Positions 40,132-52,680 of a stretch of DNA of 64,000 nucleotides are shown piece by piece. The translations under genes and the position numbers were made by a program. The notes under the pieces were generated by a model. The model did not search any database. It was not told the origin of the DNA and saw only the letters and a list, made by a program, of their open reading frames with translations. How positions within the stretch are numbered: the first letter of the stretch is position 1; the number at the start of each line of letters is the position of its first letter. The stretch is from Lama glama (lineage: Eukaryota): the NCBI GenBank assembly GCA_028534125.1, contig CM052816.1:42472001-42536000 (forward strand), written 5' to 3'.

Positions 40132-40266
40132 TCTTTTAGAAGGGGGGAATTAGATTTGCTTATTTATTCATTCACTCATTTATTTAAATGGAGGTACTGG
40201 GGATTGAACCCATGACTTTGTGCATGCTGAGCATGCACTCTACCACTGAGCTATACCCATACCCCC
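40132..40266 (-). mobile_element. tRNA-Ala-derived SINE (Vic-1-like)
   Basis: Reverse strand reads GGGTATAGCTCAGTGGTAGAGTGCATGCTCAGCATGCACAAAGTCATGGGTTCAATCCCCAGTACCTCCA then an AAT-rich tail. Degenerate flanking repeat ATAAGAACTTT / ATAAGGGCTTT. Confidence 0.9.
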
Positions 40267-40400
40267 ATAAGGGCTTTATTAAAGAGCTTATAAGCTTTAT
40301 TAAAAAGAAAAGTCAAAATTTAAAGCAGGAAAAACAATTTAACAGAATATGTCCAAGCTCTAGATCCTATTTCAAACAATATTTAACATGACAACAATTA

Positions 40401-40592
40401 CTGTATGTCACTGATTTCAAGGCATGTTTTCTTTTCTTTTTAACATTTAATGTCTTTGGAATTTGAATGTATCTCAAAAGCAAGCAGCATCTTAGTATCG
40501 TGTCATAGTTTGTCAGCATTTTCTGTTATGCAGTGGTACATAAAATCATGAATATTCTTACAGTTGCTGTCATCTTAGTCAATTAACTACAG
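40401..40592. mobile_element. MER104-like TcMar DNA transposon
   Basis: CTGTATGTCACTGATTTCAAGGCA start and CATCTTAGTCAATTAACTACAG end form degenerate terminal inverted repeats; interior resembles recalled MER104. Confidence 0.55.
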
Positions 40593-41084
40593 CAATGCAG
40601 TGGAAGTATTTAGAGAGTTCCTGTGTTCTGCAATAAGACTTTATTTAACTAGAATCTTTTCAAAAATTTTCTTTCCTGACCCACCCTTGACTAGTTTGCT
40701 TGTTAGCACCATATGTTAGATAATCTGGGAAGAATTTACAGGGAAGATATATTTTTATAACCACTCTTGAACTGTGATTTAAACTGGAAGGAACAAGAGT
40801 ATGAAATTAAAATGTTCTCAAATTTGTTTTTAGACTAAAAACCTTTCCTTATAAAAGTAACTTGTTAAGAAATCAAGTTTAGAAGAAAAGAGTTTTACTG
40901 ATTTAAAGACTTAAAAAGCCAATAGACATGCTTTGAAGCTAATGAATTTGCTCCTGTCAGGCTAGGAATTTTCAAATCTCTTAAACTAATCTTATAATTT
41001 GTACTATATTTAACATAAATGCAGTTATCTGCTATATTATTTTATTTCTAAATTCCAATTATTTTTCAATAATTATAGCTCAAT

Positions 41085-41310
41085 TTATCAAATATTTATT
41101 CCATGTTAAGAATTCTATACTAAGCACTTTACATACATTGTTCTCATTTAATCCTCACAGGGATTCCATGAAGCAGATACTCCCATTCTGCTAGCACGTT
41201 CACTATGGCTCTAAAATTAAACCACTTGTTGAAGCTCACACAATTAGTGAGGGAAGGAGGCTGCACACAAATCTAGGCATCTGGTTCTAGAGCCTTTTCT
41301 TATCACTACA
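41085..41310 (-). mobile_element. MIR
   Basis: CTAAGCACTTTACATACATTGTTCTCATTTAATCCTCACAG...TCTAGGCATCTGGTTCTAGAGCC. Confidence 0.8.
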
Positions 41311-41559
41311 CTGACTTACCTGCCTATAATAAATGTTCAGTGAGCTTTTTATTCTCACATTCACATAAACATTTGTTGAGCACCTTCCAAACCAGCAAGA
41401 GGAAGAGGGACAGTCAGGGAGGTCTCAGAGAAGTGCTAAGCACGTGTGGTAAATGTTCCATCTTCCTAAGGAGCTTCATTATCTCCTTGGAGATCAGTAC
41501 TTCTTATCTATAAAATCTCCCGGGGTGGGGTATATGATGAGGTCTGAAAATCTGGACTT

Positions 41560-41970
41560 TTTAAGGCTTTTCCCCCTGTTTCCTTACGATAACCAGGTTC
41601 ACTATGATTAAGAATACGCACATTTATGTATGTATACATTCTCTTCTCAGGAGAAGGTTCATAACTTTCATCATTTTCTGAAGGGAACTGCTGACTTCCC
41701 CAGTCAGAGAAAACTACTGCAGTAGATGCTTTCAGACACACTCACAGTAAGAAAACCCCGTACACATATAGGTGTACACATTCACAAAGCTAAAATAGTT
41801 CCACAGCATAGTATTTTACCCTTTATCAGTATACTGGTAATAATGGTAATTAAAATACCAGTATACTGAATATTTTCTATTCTATTTCATTTTAAAAGAA
41901 TCCTGGTCACAATCCACCAGTTGTAACCTTCCATTGGATCACAATCTATGGTTTATAAAAACACTGCAGA
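41560..41970. mobile_element. hAT-Charlie-type fragments
   Basis: GGAGAAGGTTCATAACTTTCATCATTTTCTGAAGGG...AAAACTACTG and TGGTCACAATCCAC...GGATCACAATC...AAAAACACTG resemble Charlie-family ends. Confidence 0.45.
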
Positions 41971-41999
41971 TTATCCACCCCCCCTCTTTATTTTAAACA

Positions 42000-44170
42000 T
42001 TTTATTCTGGGAGTTATGTGATTAGATTTGCATTTTAACATGCTTATCCAGTAGTTATGTTGACTTAGTTATTCCTTATATATGGGAAGGAAGGAAAGGG
42101 AGGAGTCAAGGATGGCACCATATTTATGATGAGCATTTGGTTGGATGGTGAGGCCATTATTCAAGATTTAAAATAGATGAAAGAACAGATTGAGGCAGGA
42201 GTCATGGGATGCATGGTTTGGGACATGCTGTACATGAGATGTTCAGATATTACTCTGCACCTCATTCTATGTGTTGAGATAGTACTCCACACCTTGTTCT
42301 ATCAAGATGGAGCTATCCAGGAGTCATTGGCATTGGTGGATTTGGAACTAAAGAATTTTCAAGAAATAGCTCCAAAGGGCATTTTATAGGAAGTTCAGCT
42401 GTGAGAAGGGAAAAAGGTATATTTACAGGTGGAGTTTTGGTATAAAGCTATATTTAAGGGGTTATTTTTTTCAATTGTTAAGAATACTTGTTTAGTTGTG
42501 AGTATTGAGCTCTGTGCAACACGGCAGTGAAAATTCTCAGTGGGCAAAAGTCTACATATGGTATAACACCATTTTTATAAAATTTAATAACAGGCAAAAC
42601 CAAACAATATGTTGTATAGGTATACACATGTGATAAAATTATTAAAAACAAAAAAGTAACAATAATCACAAAAGTTAGAATAGTTGTTATATCTGGTAGA
42701 GAAAGATAGGCAGAAGAGGTAGGAAAGGAGCAAATGAGTAGATGTATAATTGGTATGTTCTCTTAAGTTGGGCAGTGAATTCACAGGTATTCATTATGTC
42801 ATCATGCTTCATAACTATCAAGCTGTATTTATTTTGTAGAAACAAATGTTACATAAAGTTCTCAGTATTATTAACTTTAAATATAGTAATAGAAACATGT
42901 ACACTTGTATATTTATAAATATAATCTGTCATCCTCATGGATTGAATGAGAAAAACCAGAACATATTTCAATAGATGCCAAAATGGCATTTTTAAAAATT
43001 CAATATTAAATCTGGATTTAAATTTAGGTAAGTAGAGAATAGAAAAAAGAATTCTTCCTTAACATGATGAAAACTATCTTTATCAATCTAATAATGAGTT
43101 ACCATACTTGGTAATAAGACAGTAGAAATATCTTTACTAATGTTAGCAATAAAATATACATGTCCACTATCATCTTTATAATTTAATATTGTCCTGAGAA
43201 TGTTCAGTAATGTAATGGGAAGGAGATTAACTAAAAGCTATGGATAATAGGTAAGTGGGGATAAATTTGCCAGTATCTGCAGTTAACCAGGTGGAAAACT
43301 AGAAAAACATATAGGGTTTCCTTCAGTAAGGTGGTCAATTCAGAAGTAACTGTTTAAAAAATCACTGGCTTAATAGTGGGAGGGTGGGGTGAAAAGAAGT
43401 TTCTTTTAAAATAGGAGAAATAGGAAAACATTTGTAAACTGATGGGAGTCAACCAGTAGAAAGCAAAAATTGATGTAAGAGAGAGGAAGACTTGCTGGAG
43501 CAATGTCTTTGAGTAGGTTGGAGAGATGGGGCCTTGTTGCTCGGAGAAGAGACTGGCTTTAGATGGAAGTAAAGAAAGTTCTTGTATGGTAGCCAGTGGG
43601 AAGGTATGTATAATGGGTGCAGATTTTGAAGTTCTTATTGTTAAACTATTTCTTTAGCTCAATCTCCAATCTAATGTCAAAACATATAGGCCAAAGTCTT
43701 ATCATGTTAGAGCTTAGCAGAGTGTTTGATACATAGACATTGCCCAGTAAGTGATAAACATAGGTTTTAAAAAAAATCATTGGCCTCCCTAAGCACTAAC
43801 AATTAGGAATTTCAGTGTAAAAATGATCTCATTTATGTTAGCAACAAAAATTTATCAAATGCCAAAGGTTAAGCATACCCATGTTATTCTATCTAAAGAG
43901 CTACAATACTTTCCTGCTAGGTATAAGAGAATAAGTAGTAAATGGCAAGACTTTCTATGTATTTTAAAGTTGTTGTTTTTTCTTTCTAATTAGTCAATAT
44001 GTAATGACATCATATATACCATTATACCAACTGAAAAAATAAAGCACACAAACACAGATATAAACCTACAAAAATATGAAATGCTGTATACCAAAATGTC
44101 ATTGCGTTACTGGTGGCATTATTAATGAGATAGATAGATTTGTTTGTCTGTATTTCCTAATTGTTCTGTA
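42000..44170. mobile_element. Nested cluster of old L2 (-) and L1ME (+) fragments
   Basis: Reverse L2 at about 42000-42470 (GAGGAGTCAAGGATGGCACC); L1ME 3'UTR at about 42500-42860; L1 ORF2-like at about 42930-43370 (ATTTCAATAGATGCCAAAATGGCATTT) and 43770-43960. Confidence 0.55.
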
Positions 44171-45429
44171 AACATAAAAGAAATGTTTTGAGATGACAAG
44201 TTTAAATATGTCAAGAATCCAGGAGAAATGTTGAATAGTCAAGGTTTAAAAAACAAGTTGACAAGAGAAATAGGGAAGGCAGTTCTCAAAGTTATCTGTA
44301 CCTAGACACCAGCTAAATATCTTTCTGGTCAGCTACTTAATGAGTTGCTTTGTCATCTATCAGTGGAGAAAGAAAGTTTTCTCCTTGTCTGTGATCTTTC
44401 TCCCCAGTGGAAGGAAGGTACAGGCAGAGTTGCTAGTATTACCAAGGACATGGGGAGGAAAGGCCACTTTCCTCTCTGAGTTAACAGTTGACATTTTGGA
44501 ACAGCGGTATTGTGAAGTCTCCTGGGAATGGGTCCAGTTGAGAGAGGATAGATTATGGGAATGAAAAATAGTAGTCAGCTGAATTTAAAAAGATAAGATT
44601 CTTAGGGAGCTTCAGGCAATAAAACAGAATTCAACAGAGAACTGATGGAAGATAACTAAGTTGGGCCCACAGTATTAGAGTGCTGGTACTTAATTAGCAG
44701 CCATAGGGAAAGGGCAGTTTTTTACAATACCTAAAAAGTTTAGTGTTTCATAATCACTCAGTAAGTTATATTGGGGATATGTTTCTAGAGTGAGAATGTA
44801 AGGCATACCCATATTTATAAATGTAGTATTACTCTACTAATCAATACTAAGAAATTCTTAAGACTAATCTGAGTGCTGTGTAGTTTTTTCTTAATCTGGT
44901 TGCTTTAGTAATTCACTAGAGTCACTTTTCACAGATTAGGAAAGAGGGACAGTACTTGAGGGTGTGCCACTTTAACTGACCAGTAAGATGATGCTGACAT
45001 TATTTCCATAGCTGTTTAAAAGTTTTATATTGGGCTATAAAGAAAAACTCTACTAGGGACGCTTGGTGTTTTGTTCTTTTAAGGAAGATTGTGTTCTGTT
45101 CCTTCGAGAACTTGAAAAATAAGATAATTATGAATCTAGGATTAATTTTAGATAGTCTTAAATTTTGCAACTTCACATTCTGTAAAAAAAAAACTCTTAA
45201 CTTTTTTCAAAAAGATTTAAGGCTATTGAGTCATGAAGGGCAAACCGTGATAACTTAAAATCTAATTATTATCTTTTAAAGCAGTCTTTGTTTTTCCTGA
45301 CTGAAAAACAAATGAATGCACATTTTTAAGTTGTATAAAGTATGTACAAGGATAAAAATGAGTAAGTGTCCTTAACAGTGAAAACTAGTTAGTGTTGCTG
45401 AATTTCTTCTAGTTCTTTTTTCATATTCA

Positions 45430-45830
45430 CCCATGAATTTTTTAAAATTGCAGTGTATTTACTGCTTTTTTATATTCTGCTTTTTCCTCTTACCATGAGC
45501 ATTTTCCTGTGTCATTAAACAGTAAAAGTTACTTATAGTTACCTAACCTTTCATTTTATACAGTAGGATTTCTTTAGCCATTCTATTATTTATATAGTTT
45601 CTATATAACAGTAATGGTTTAATGAACATTGTTGTGTGTAAATCTTTACTTCCATTTCTGTTTCCTCAGGGTAGGTTCCTAGATGGGGAATTACTAGGTC
45701 AGAAGGTATGAATGCTTTTAAAGTTTTGGGTAACTGTCCCCAAAATGTTCCCCTCACACTCACCCTCACCCCTAGCAAGCTGCTGCTGGTATTTCCACAG
45801 CTATTTGAAAGTGCCTGTCAAGAGGCATTT
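45430..45830 (-). mobile_element. L1ME-like remnant
   Basis: ATGAACATTGTTGTGTGTAAATCTTT...TTCCTAGATGGGGAATTACTAGGTCAGAAGGTATG is typical reverse L1M sequence. Confidence 0.65.
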
Positions 45831-46929
45831 CCCCTGGCTAACATTGAATAAATGTCATTTAAATTTAAAAATTAACAATTTGATACTGTTTAAAAACTAT
45901 TTGACAGTATGATCTGCTTGATAATATCTGGCTCAGATAAAATAATGTAATATTTAAGACATCATGAGTTATCCTCAGATGTTTTACTGTCTACATTTGA
46001 TATTGGAAGGAGTAGTTGTGAGATTTGTATTTCTTTGTGTTATTTGTTTCTCCTAATATAGTGGAGAGAAATTTCATGGACTTTCTTGAAATTATTACTC
46101 TTTAACTTTTATAAATAATTATTCTACTTCTCTTTTTATATATTTTACTGTTTTGCCATTTCTCTTTACCATTGTTTATGGTCTCAGTAATTTAGTGCTT
46201 TTGAGTTTCCACCCTCATCTTTAGATGGCTGTGTTCTTTTACACATTTCTCATGAAGCCTAGTGATATGGTTATCTTTTGTCAGGGGCAGTGCAATCAAT
46301 TATTGCCAAAGGGATAAAATGTTTTGCTACCTTACATAGTTTCATCATTCTAGAGGGACCTGTGGTGTTTGCCTTCTAGCAGAGTCTATAAATAACTATC
46401 CAGAAGATAATCAATCAAAAAACTTATATGAATTATTCAAATACAGTAATTATCTTAGTTGTCCATATGTAAATATTTTTGCCCTTTCTTTACCAACATA
46501 ACTCTTTCTCTATTTGAAGGCACAGGTTTGATGGCTTTGCCAATGACCCAAGCATACCATCCTTTACAATGAATCTCTTTAGTCCTGTATTTCTTGCAGT
46601 CATAAATCAATTAATCTAAGAGACTCAACAGGTCCTCTTACTTGCATCAGACCTGCCAAGTCTCTTAGAAATCAGAACTGCAGTTTCTAATGTAGTTCTT
46701 GACGCACTGTGCATATCAATAGCTTTATACATATAAAATTAGGAATAGTTTTACTTCTTGAAAGCTTGAAGGAAATTAGCAAGTGAATTTGACTTAAGAA
46801 AACTGAACAGAAATAAATTTTGTGAAATGAACCCTACCTCGGGAGTGTATTTTCAGAGTAGCTATTTGGAAAGAGATCTATAAAAATTAAAGTATTAGAG
46901 GTTTTGTTCATTTTTAAGGCTACCTATAG

Positions 46930-46933
<4 letters not shown>

Positions 46934-46965
<32 letters not shown>
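46934..46965. repeat. (CA)16 microsatellite
   Basis: Uninterrupted CA dinucleotide run. Confidence 0.97.
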
Positions 46966-46971
<6 letters not shown>

Positions 46972-47117
46972 AATACCACAAACTAAAATATTGTTTGCAT
47001 TTATGAAGACTGAAGGCTTCAAAGCCATCATGTTGTAGCTCTCATGAGAACCCTTAATTGTATTTTCTTTGTTTCTTTGTTGTGCCATAGCTAGCATCTG
47101 GGGCTCTGAAGGCAGCA

Positions 47118-47135
47118 TTTTTTTTTTTTTTTTTT
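47118..47135. repeat. T18 homopolymer
   Basis: Read directly. Confidence 0.9.
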
Positions 47136-47569
47136 ATGAGTAGGGCACTTGGGAAGCAGTGTTTGCTACCCTTCTAAAGTAAAAGTAGCTGCAGGCTTCT
47201 TTAATTTTTCGGCCTTCCTTGGACACCTGTTGTGGCTGATTCATTCAGGTACCTTATCTCTGTGTACTTTGAGTTTAGAACAATTACAAATATTGCTAGT
47301 CTTTTTGGTTGTTTGTTTTCCTAGATAGCTTGTTTGGCTTTTATTTAAGCTAACACTTAAGTTTTGACCTTGAGGGTTTCTAGCCCCATTTGTAAATAAC
47401 AAGGATTTAGGATAAGTATTATCAATTTTTGATTATCCACTGAGTGCCTATTATCAGTCCATTACCATTTGAAAATTACTTTAAAAATCAAGCATATCAT
47501 TATGCTGAGGAAGGCATGTATGCACTTGAATGTAACAGGCCAAAATCAGAGTGGGAACGCCCCACTTTG

Positions 47570-47800
47570 GCATATTGGGCATATTCTCTGTGCCAGACAC
47601 TGTGTCAAGCACTTTAGATGAGTTATCTCTTTAAACTCCAACAGTCATATGAGGTGAATAGTATCACTGTCCACATTTTACTGATAAGGAAACTAAGAAT
47701 TAGTGAGGTTAAGCTGCATTCCCAAGGTAACAGGTGGTAGATTCCGAAGCCAGCATTGGAAACTGGTCAGGGTTGCTCCAGAGCCTGTAATCTGGCACAC
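47570..47800 (-). mobile_element. MIR
   Basis: TGTGCCAGACACTGTGTCAAGCACTTTA...CATTTTACTGATAAGGAAACTAAG...GAGGTTAAG...CCCAAGGTAACA. Confidence 0.85.
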
Positions 47801-48951
47801 TAGATGTGGCCTGATAGGGCCCTGTTCCCTTGTCATCTGCATGTAAAAAAGAAGTTCTCACTTTTTTCTTCTCAAACCATTGAGGGATACTCAATTTAGA
47901 GCTGGAAGTACAAAGGGGATCCAACAGTAAAGAAAGCATTTTAAAAAGGAAAGAGAACGAGACGGAAGGACACGATTTCCTATCTTTAGTGTCCTTCAAA
48001 TATTTGGCACTAATGCCCATTAGGAAGTGGCACATAAGAATTCATATTTGTACACACTCTTCCGTAACAGTCATTTAAGATGGTACTAAACTGTAATTAA
48101 TAAAATAATATCCCCTGACTATTGTACATCTTGTTGCTGTTTCTCTTTCCTTAGCATAGAGCCATGGTTTAACGTCTTCTGTGCCCAGAGCCTGTGGCTC
48201 TCTGATGTTCACAGTGGCTGCCTCAGCGGGCCCAGTCCCTCATCAGCCCTTTCCTCAGCCAGAGCAGCTCTGACTCTTTGTAATACATGATGGGTTTCCC
48301 CATAAGATTTACTTTTTTAAAATGCATTCTGTAGCTTAAATTTGTTTTCAATATGTTAATGTTAAAAAACAGAAAATTAAGAGTTGAATATACTATATGG
48401 AAATATTCTTTAGACTGAAATACCATTTATGTTATTGAATTTATTAGTTTTCCTCGTAACCTTGATTGGGTTGGAGTGAAACCATGTGTTTTGCAAAATC
48501 TAGGATGTGGGCCACTTTTTAGCAATTTATGTTAATCTTCAGTGTTCACATCTGTTAAGTACCAGTCTCCCCTCCCCCCTAGATTTACACAACTGTTGCT
48601 GACTGCCATACATGATTTCTGTTCCCAGCCAAGTTTCACCAGCAGTTCCTCCTGGCATATCACAAAAAGAGCTTTCCTCAAGACTCCAGGAGAACAAGGA
48701 GAGAAGATTAGCAATGAATTTGGAAATTGACATTTATATTTAAGTTTTTTTTCCTTGTAGAGTTTAGGTTTCGGCTTTGTTTCCGAGAAACAAACTTTTT
48801 TTAAACAAAATTCTGCTTCCTACTTAACCGGGAGAATTACTAAGTTTAGAATTATTTAGTGTGGTTTCCCTAAGTCCTTAAAAATGAAGAGTGGTTTTAA
48901 AGATGCTGGGTCATATTTTCAAATGGAATTTGGTAAGACCAGAGTATTCTG

Positions 48952-49026
48952 TATTTTTTTTAACATTTTTTATTGATTTATAATCATTTATAATCATTTT
49001 ACAATGTTGTGTCAAATTCCAGTGTC
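48952..49026 (-). mobile_element. Extremely 5'-truncated young L1 3' end (about 70 bp)
   Basis: TTTTTTAACATTTTTTATTGATTTATAATCATTT...TACAATGTTGTGTCAAATTCCAGTGT; short flanking repeat GAGTATT; internal duplication of ATTTATAATC. Confidence 0.6.
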
Positions 49027-49349
49027 TGTGAGTATTTTAATAAAGATGAAGATACTTTTTTAAAAAGAAAAATGTGTAAGTTCTACAAACCCAGGCATCC
49101 ACTTGGCCTAGGTGTAGGGGCTAAACACAGCACAAGGAAGTAAGGAACTTTCTCATCCTGACATGTGTACCACATAGTGCCTGCTGTTTGGGCTGTTTGG
49201 GCTTCTTTTTCCTTTCTTTCATTATTTATTTACTTATTTACTTATTTAGCCTCTAAAGTGATCTGTTTCAGATATATCTCTAATTTTTTAGTATTCCTGA
49301 TGTAAATCATCTTCTGAGTGAATTTAATCTAGTCCCATGTTTCTTCAGA

Positions 49350-50050
49350 TGAATTCAAATATTTATAGGTATCTACTGTGTTGCAAATATGTATAAAAGT
49401 AAGACCATGGTCCTTGCCCCCAGAGAACTCATGGTCTAGTACAGAGGAAGACACATAAACAAGTACTTAGCATGCCTGTAAAGCATGTACACTGAGGGCA
49501 GGAGTACAGGTGAGCCCAAGGGACTAGGGGGACAGAAAAGGGGTTTCTAAACACATTTCACTGAGGAAGGGAAGAGCTCTTGAGCTGAGTCTTAAATAAG
49601 GAATAAGTTAGCACAAGCCAAGACAAGAAGTGGGGACATCAAATGCAAGGTGGAGAGTGAGGCGCAGGTCTATTGGGAAGGAACCACATTATGTCCTATT
49701 AATTAAGCTCCTATTAAGGAGCTTAGATTCTACTGTGGATCAGTAGTAGGGAGTCATGAAGAAATGATGCTTGGGATTGACATGGTCAGGTTGGCATTTT
49801 AAGAAACTAGTTTTGGCAGCTGAATGATTAGAGGATGGGATCAAGAACAGACAGTTTGAGACTAGATCACCAGATGTCCAAGCGAAAGGTGATATTGAGC
49901 CAAAACAGAGGACAGAGATGAGAAGATACATTTGAGAGATAATTTGGGAAGTAAAAGCAGTAAGACTTGCGATTAACTGGATGCTGAGGGGTGGGAGGTG
50001 GTGTGGAAGAGAGAAGAGTCAAGGTTGGCTCCCCATGATGCCAATAATTG
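49350..50050 (-). mobile_element. L2 remnant
   Basis: ATTCAAATATTTAT...CATGGTCCTTGCCCCCAGAGAACTCATGGTCTAGT...TTGAGCTGAGTCTTAAA...GAGAGAAGAGTCAAGG. Confidence 0.8.
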
Positions 50051-50739
50051 CAGTAAAATAGATGAATGAAAAAAAAATAAGATGATGTGGGAGGGTGGGC
50101 AGATTTAGGTATAGGATGAGAGTTCCTTTCTATATAAGCATTGCTGCCATGGAATGTATTTAAATTTCAAAAGGGACTGGTAACAAAATGAAAGTGTAAA
50201 GCAGTTTCAGGAAAAGAGTTAGGGAACTCAATGGGAAGTTTTAGTTTTTGCTGCCAAAGACAAACTTGTGGATTAGCCCAACCATGAAGTTTGAACAGAC
50301 TTCTCAGATTCTCTTGGTGGCTCTCTCACTTCTCTTCTAAAAGCATTTGGCATTTAGCTCAATTTTGCATTCTTTTTAAAATATACATTTTCTGTTCTCT
50401 CATGCTCCATAGTCTGTACACCTTTTCCCTGATCTCTGGTATCTGCTATTTGCATCTTTCCCCTGCCACTAACTGTCATCCCCCCTTTTCCTGGAAATAC
50501 CCAGTTACCAGCCAACTACACCCAGCCACCTGGGCTCTTCTAAATAATTTTTAGCCATGAAGCTACAAAATGAGTCATAACAAAACTCACTTTGAAGCCC
50601 CTTTTTAGCTGGTGAAACCAGCATTGGTCAGTTGTATTTTAGTGCACCTAGCTGGTACGGATTCAGGTACGTAAGGTTCTCATCACATCCAGGAATATGT
50701 ATGTATGTATATGTGTACACATGGACACACATTCTCAAA

Positions 50740-51040
50740 CAACTCCATTCTTCCAGGGGAAAATGACTTATTGTCATCCTTGATTTCTCTATTTCATTCC
50801 TCACATTCAGTGTGTCTAGGAATCCTGTTTCCTCTACCTGCAAAATATATCCCAAATCCCTCCATTTCTCCCCATCTCCTGGTTGGATCCCTCGTCATCA
50901 TCCTGAATTTCTGTACATATGTGCCACAGTGGCAGGGATATTTGTCAGTTTTATTCGTTAATATGTCATAGAAACATAGAAGAGTGCCTGACACAGTAGG
51001 AACTCAGTTAATATTTGTGGAATAAATGAATTCAATGAAC
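50740..51040 (+). mobile_element. L2 3' end
   Basis: TCATCCTTGATTTCTCT...CTCTACCTGCAAAATATATCCCAAATC...GTGCCTGACACAGTAGGAACTCAGTTAATATTTGTGGAATAAATGAAT. Confidence 0.85.
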
Positions 51041-52444
51041 AAATCAATGTCATCTTACCAGATATACCAACATTTAAAAGAAGGCTGGTTCATAGTAAAG
51101 AGAAAACATATTAAGAGGACCAAATATTACTCAAGGTAATTTTTTCAGTTTCAGTTACACAGCAACTTGGGTGTATCTGACTTCTAAAAGCTACCACTTT
51201 ACTTCTGTAGATGTTATTGCTTACCTGTAACCATTTAAAGTTAGTTTTGAAATGTTGCCATCAGTGACATTTTCCCCAAAACAGCTGTAAATATAGAAGA
51301 ATACATTAGGTATGAGAATACAGTTCTCAGGAATGGTTTTTCTAATCAGACTATATGCCATGGCAGTAACAGAACCAAGAAAGCTCTGTATTAGCCTACT
51401 GTACCCTTTAATGGAGAACTTTTAAAGTTCTAATACTAGATTTACAGAAGCTATATGAAGAATATTAGAAAAAGCTATTCTACTTTTACTTTTTCCCTTA
51501 ATATTATACATTATTATATATACAGAGGAAGAATGCAAGGAAACAGATGGATTTATTTTGTCCTGGATTATTCATACTAATTGTTACATGGCCTGAATTT
51601 TTTGGATAACTGCAAATATTTCTTTTTGTGCAGATAAATTTAGCATTTTGCACGACTCTCAGTCAAGTCTCTATATGTGGATAGTTCAGATGTCTACAGT
51701 ACATGTGGGATCCTCCCCACCCCCTGCCATCCCTTGTCAGTAGGAATATTTATGTCCTACTGATTTCTCTAAAATTTAACTTTTTCTACTGCCAGTAAAA
51801 GATACCCTCCCCTGTATCCACCTCAGCATCAGTTTCCACATCTGGACTGGTCTGAAAGGCTTTTTTTTTTCCCCTTCCCTAAACCCATAATGTTAGGCCT
51901 AAAGTCATAACTGCAGCTCTGGTTTGAAAAATAGGACTTGTGGCTTTCAGGTTGAGGTTTCCATTTTCTGTTTTGATTCTAGGTTTATTCTGCCTTTAAA
52001 CTCTGGAACCTGAACAGTACATGCAAATACACTTCTCTAGCTAAACTGAATTTTCTAGATTGTTAGGAAATCACAGAATCATTAAGAGTCAGGAAATTAT
52101 TTGAGAACAGAGAATTCTAGTGTTTAAATGTCTGTAGGAATTTATATATTAAAATAATAGATATATTAGTCAAATAATATTAAGAGACAAGGTAGCTTCC
52201 TAAGATACTATAGGAATGCAGGAAAGTGGGCTCTGAAGTCATAAAGATTAGGAAACTACTATTCATTATGTAAGAACCTGTAGCAAAGTAAATGATTTTG
52301 TTTAACCTGGCATTTCCAAAATTTACTTGAAGATAGAACCCCTTTTTAATGTAAGGAAACTTTTCAACATGCTTTAGAAATATTGGTGGAAAGAAAGCAG
52401 ATACTTCAGTTCTAGTCTTCTCTGAGGCATTAATCAACATTTTT

Positions 52445-52680
52445 ACTCATTCGAAAATACATATGGAGTGACTGCTTTGTGCCACAGACTATTCAAGATG
52501 CTGGCAATACAGGGAACAAACCAGACAAAAGCCTCTGTCCTTCCAAGGATTATATTCTAGTCAGGGGAGGAGACAATAAACATAATCTGTAAGTAGTACA
52601 GGTCATAAGTATTTTAGACAACATGGAGCCAGGGCCACGGGGTCAGCTGGACAGGGATTATAATTTTAAGTAGAGTCATA
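52445..52680 (-). mobile_element. L2 3' end
   Basis: ACTCATTCGAAAATACATATGGAGTGACTGCTTTGTGCCA...ACAAAAGCCTCTGTCCTTC...TTATATTCTAGT. Confidence 0.7.

Noticed and set aside
43021..43257. Two perfect AG|GTAAGT donors in intron 2
   Set aside because: Inside L1 debris with no convincing upstream acceptor defining an exon.
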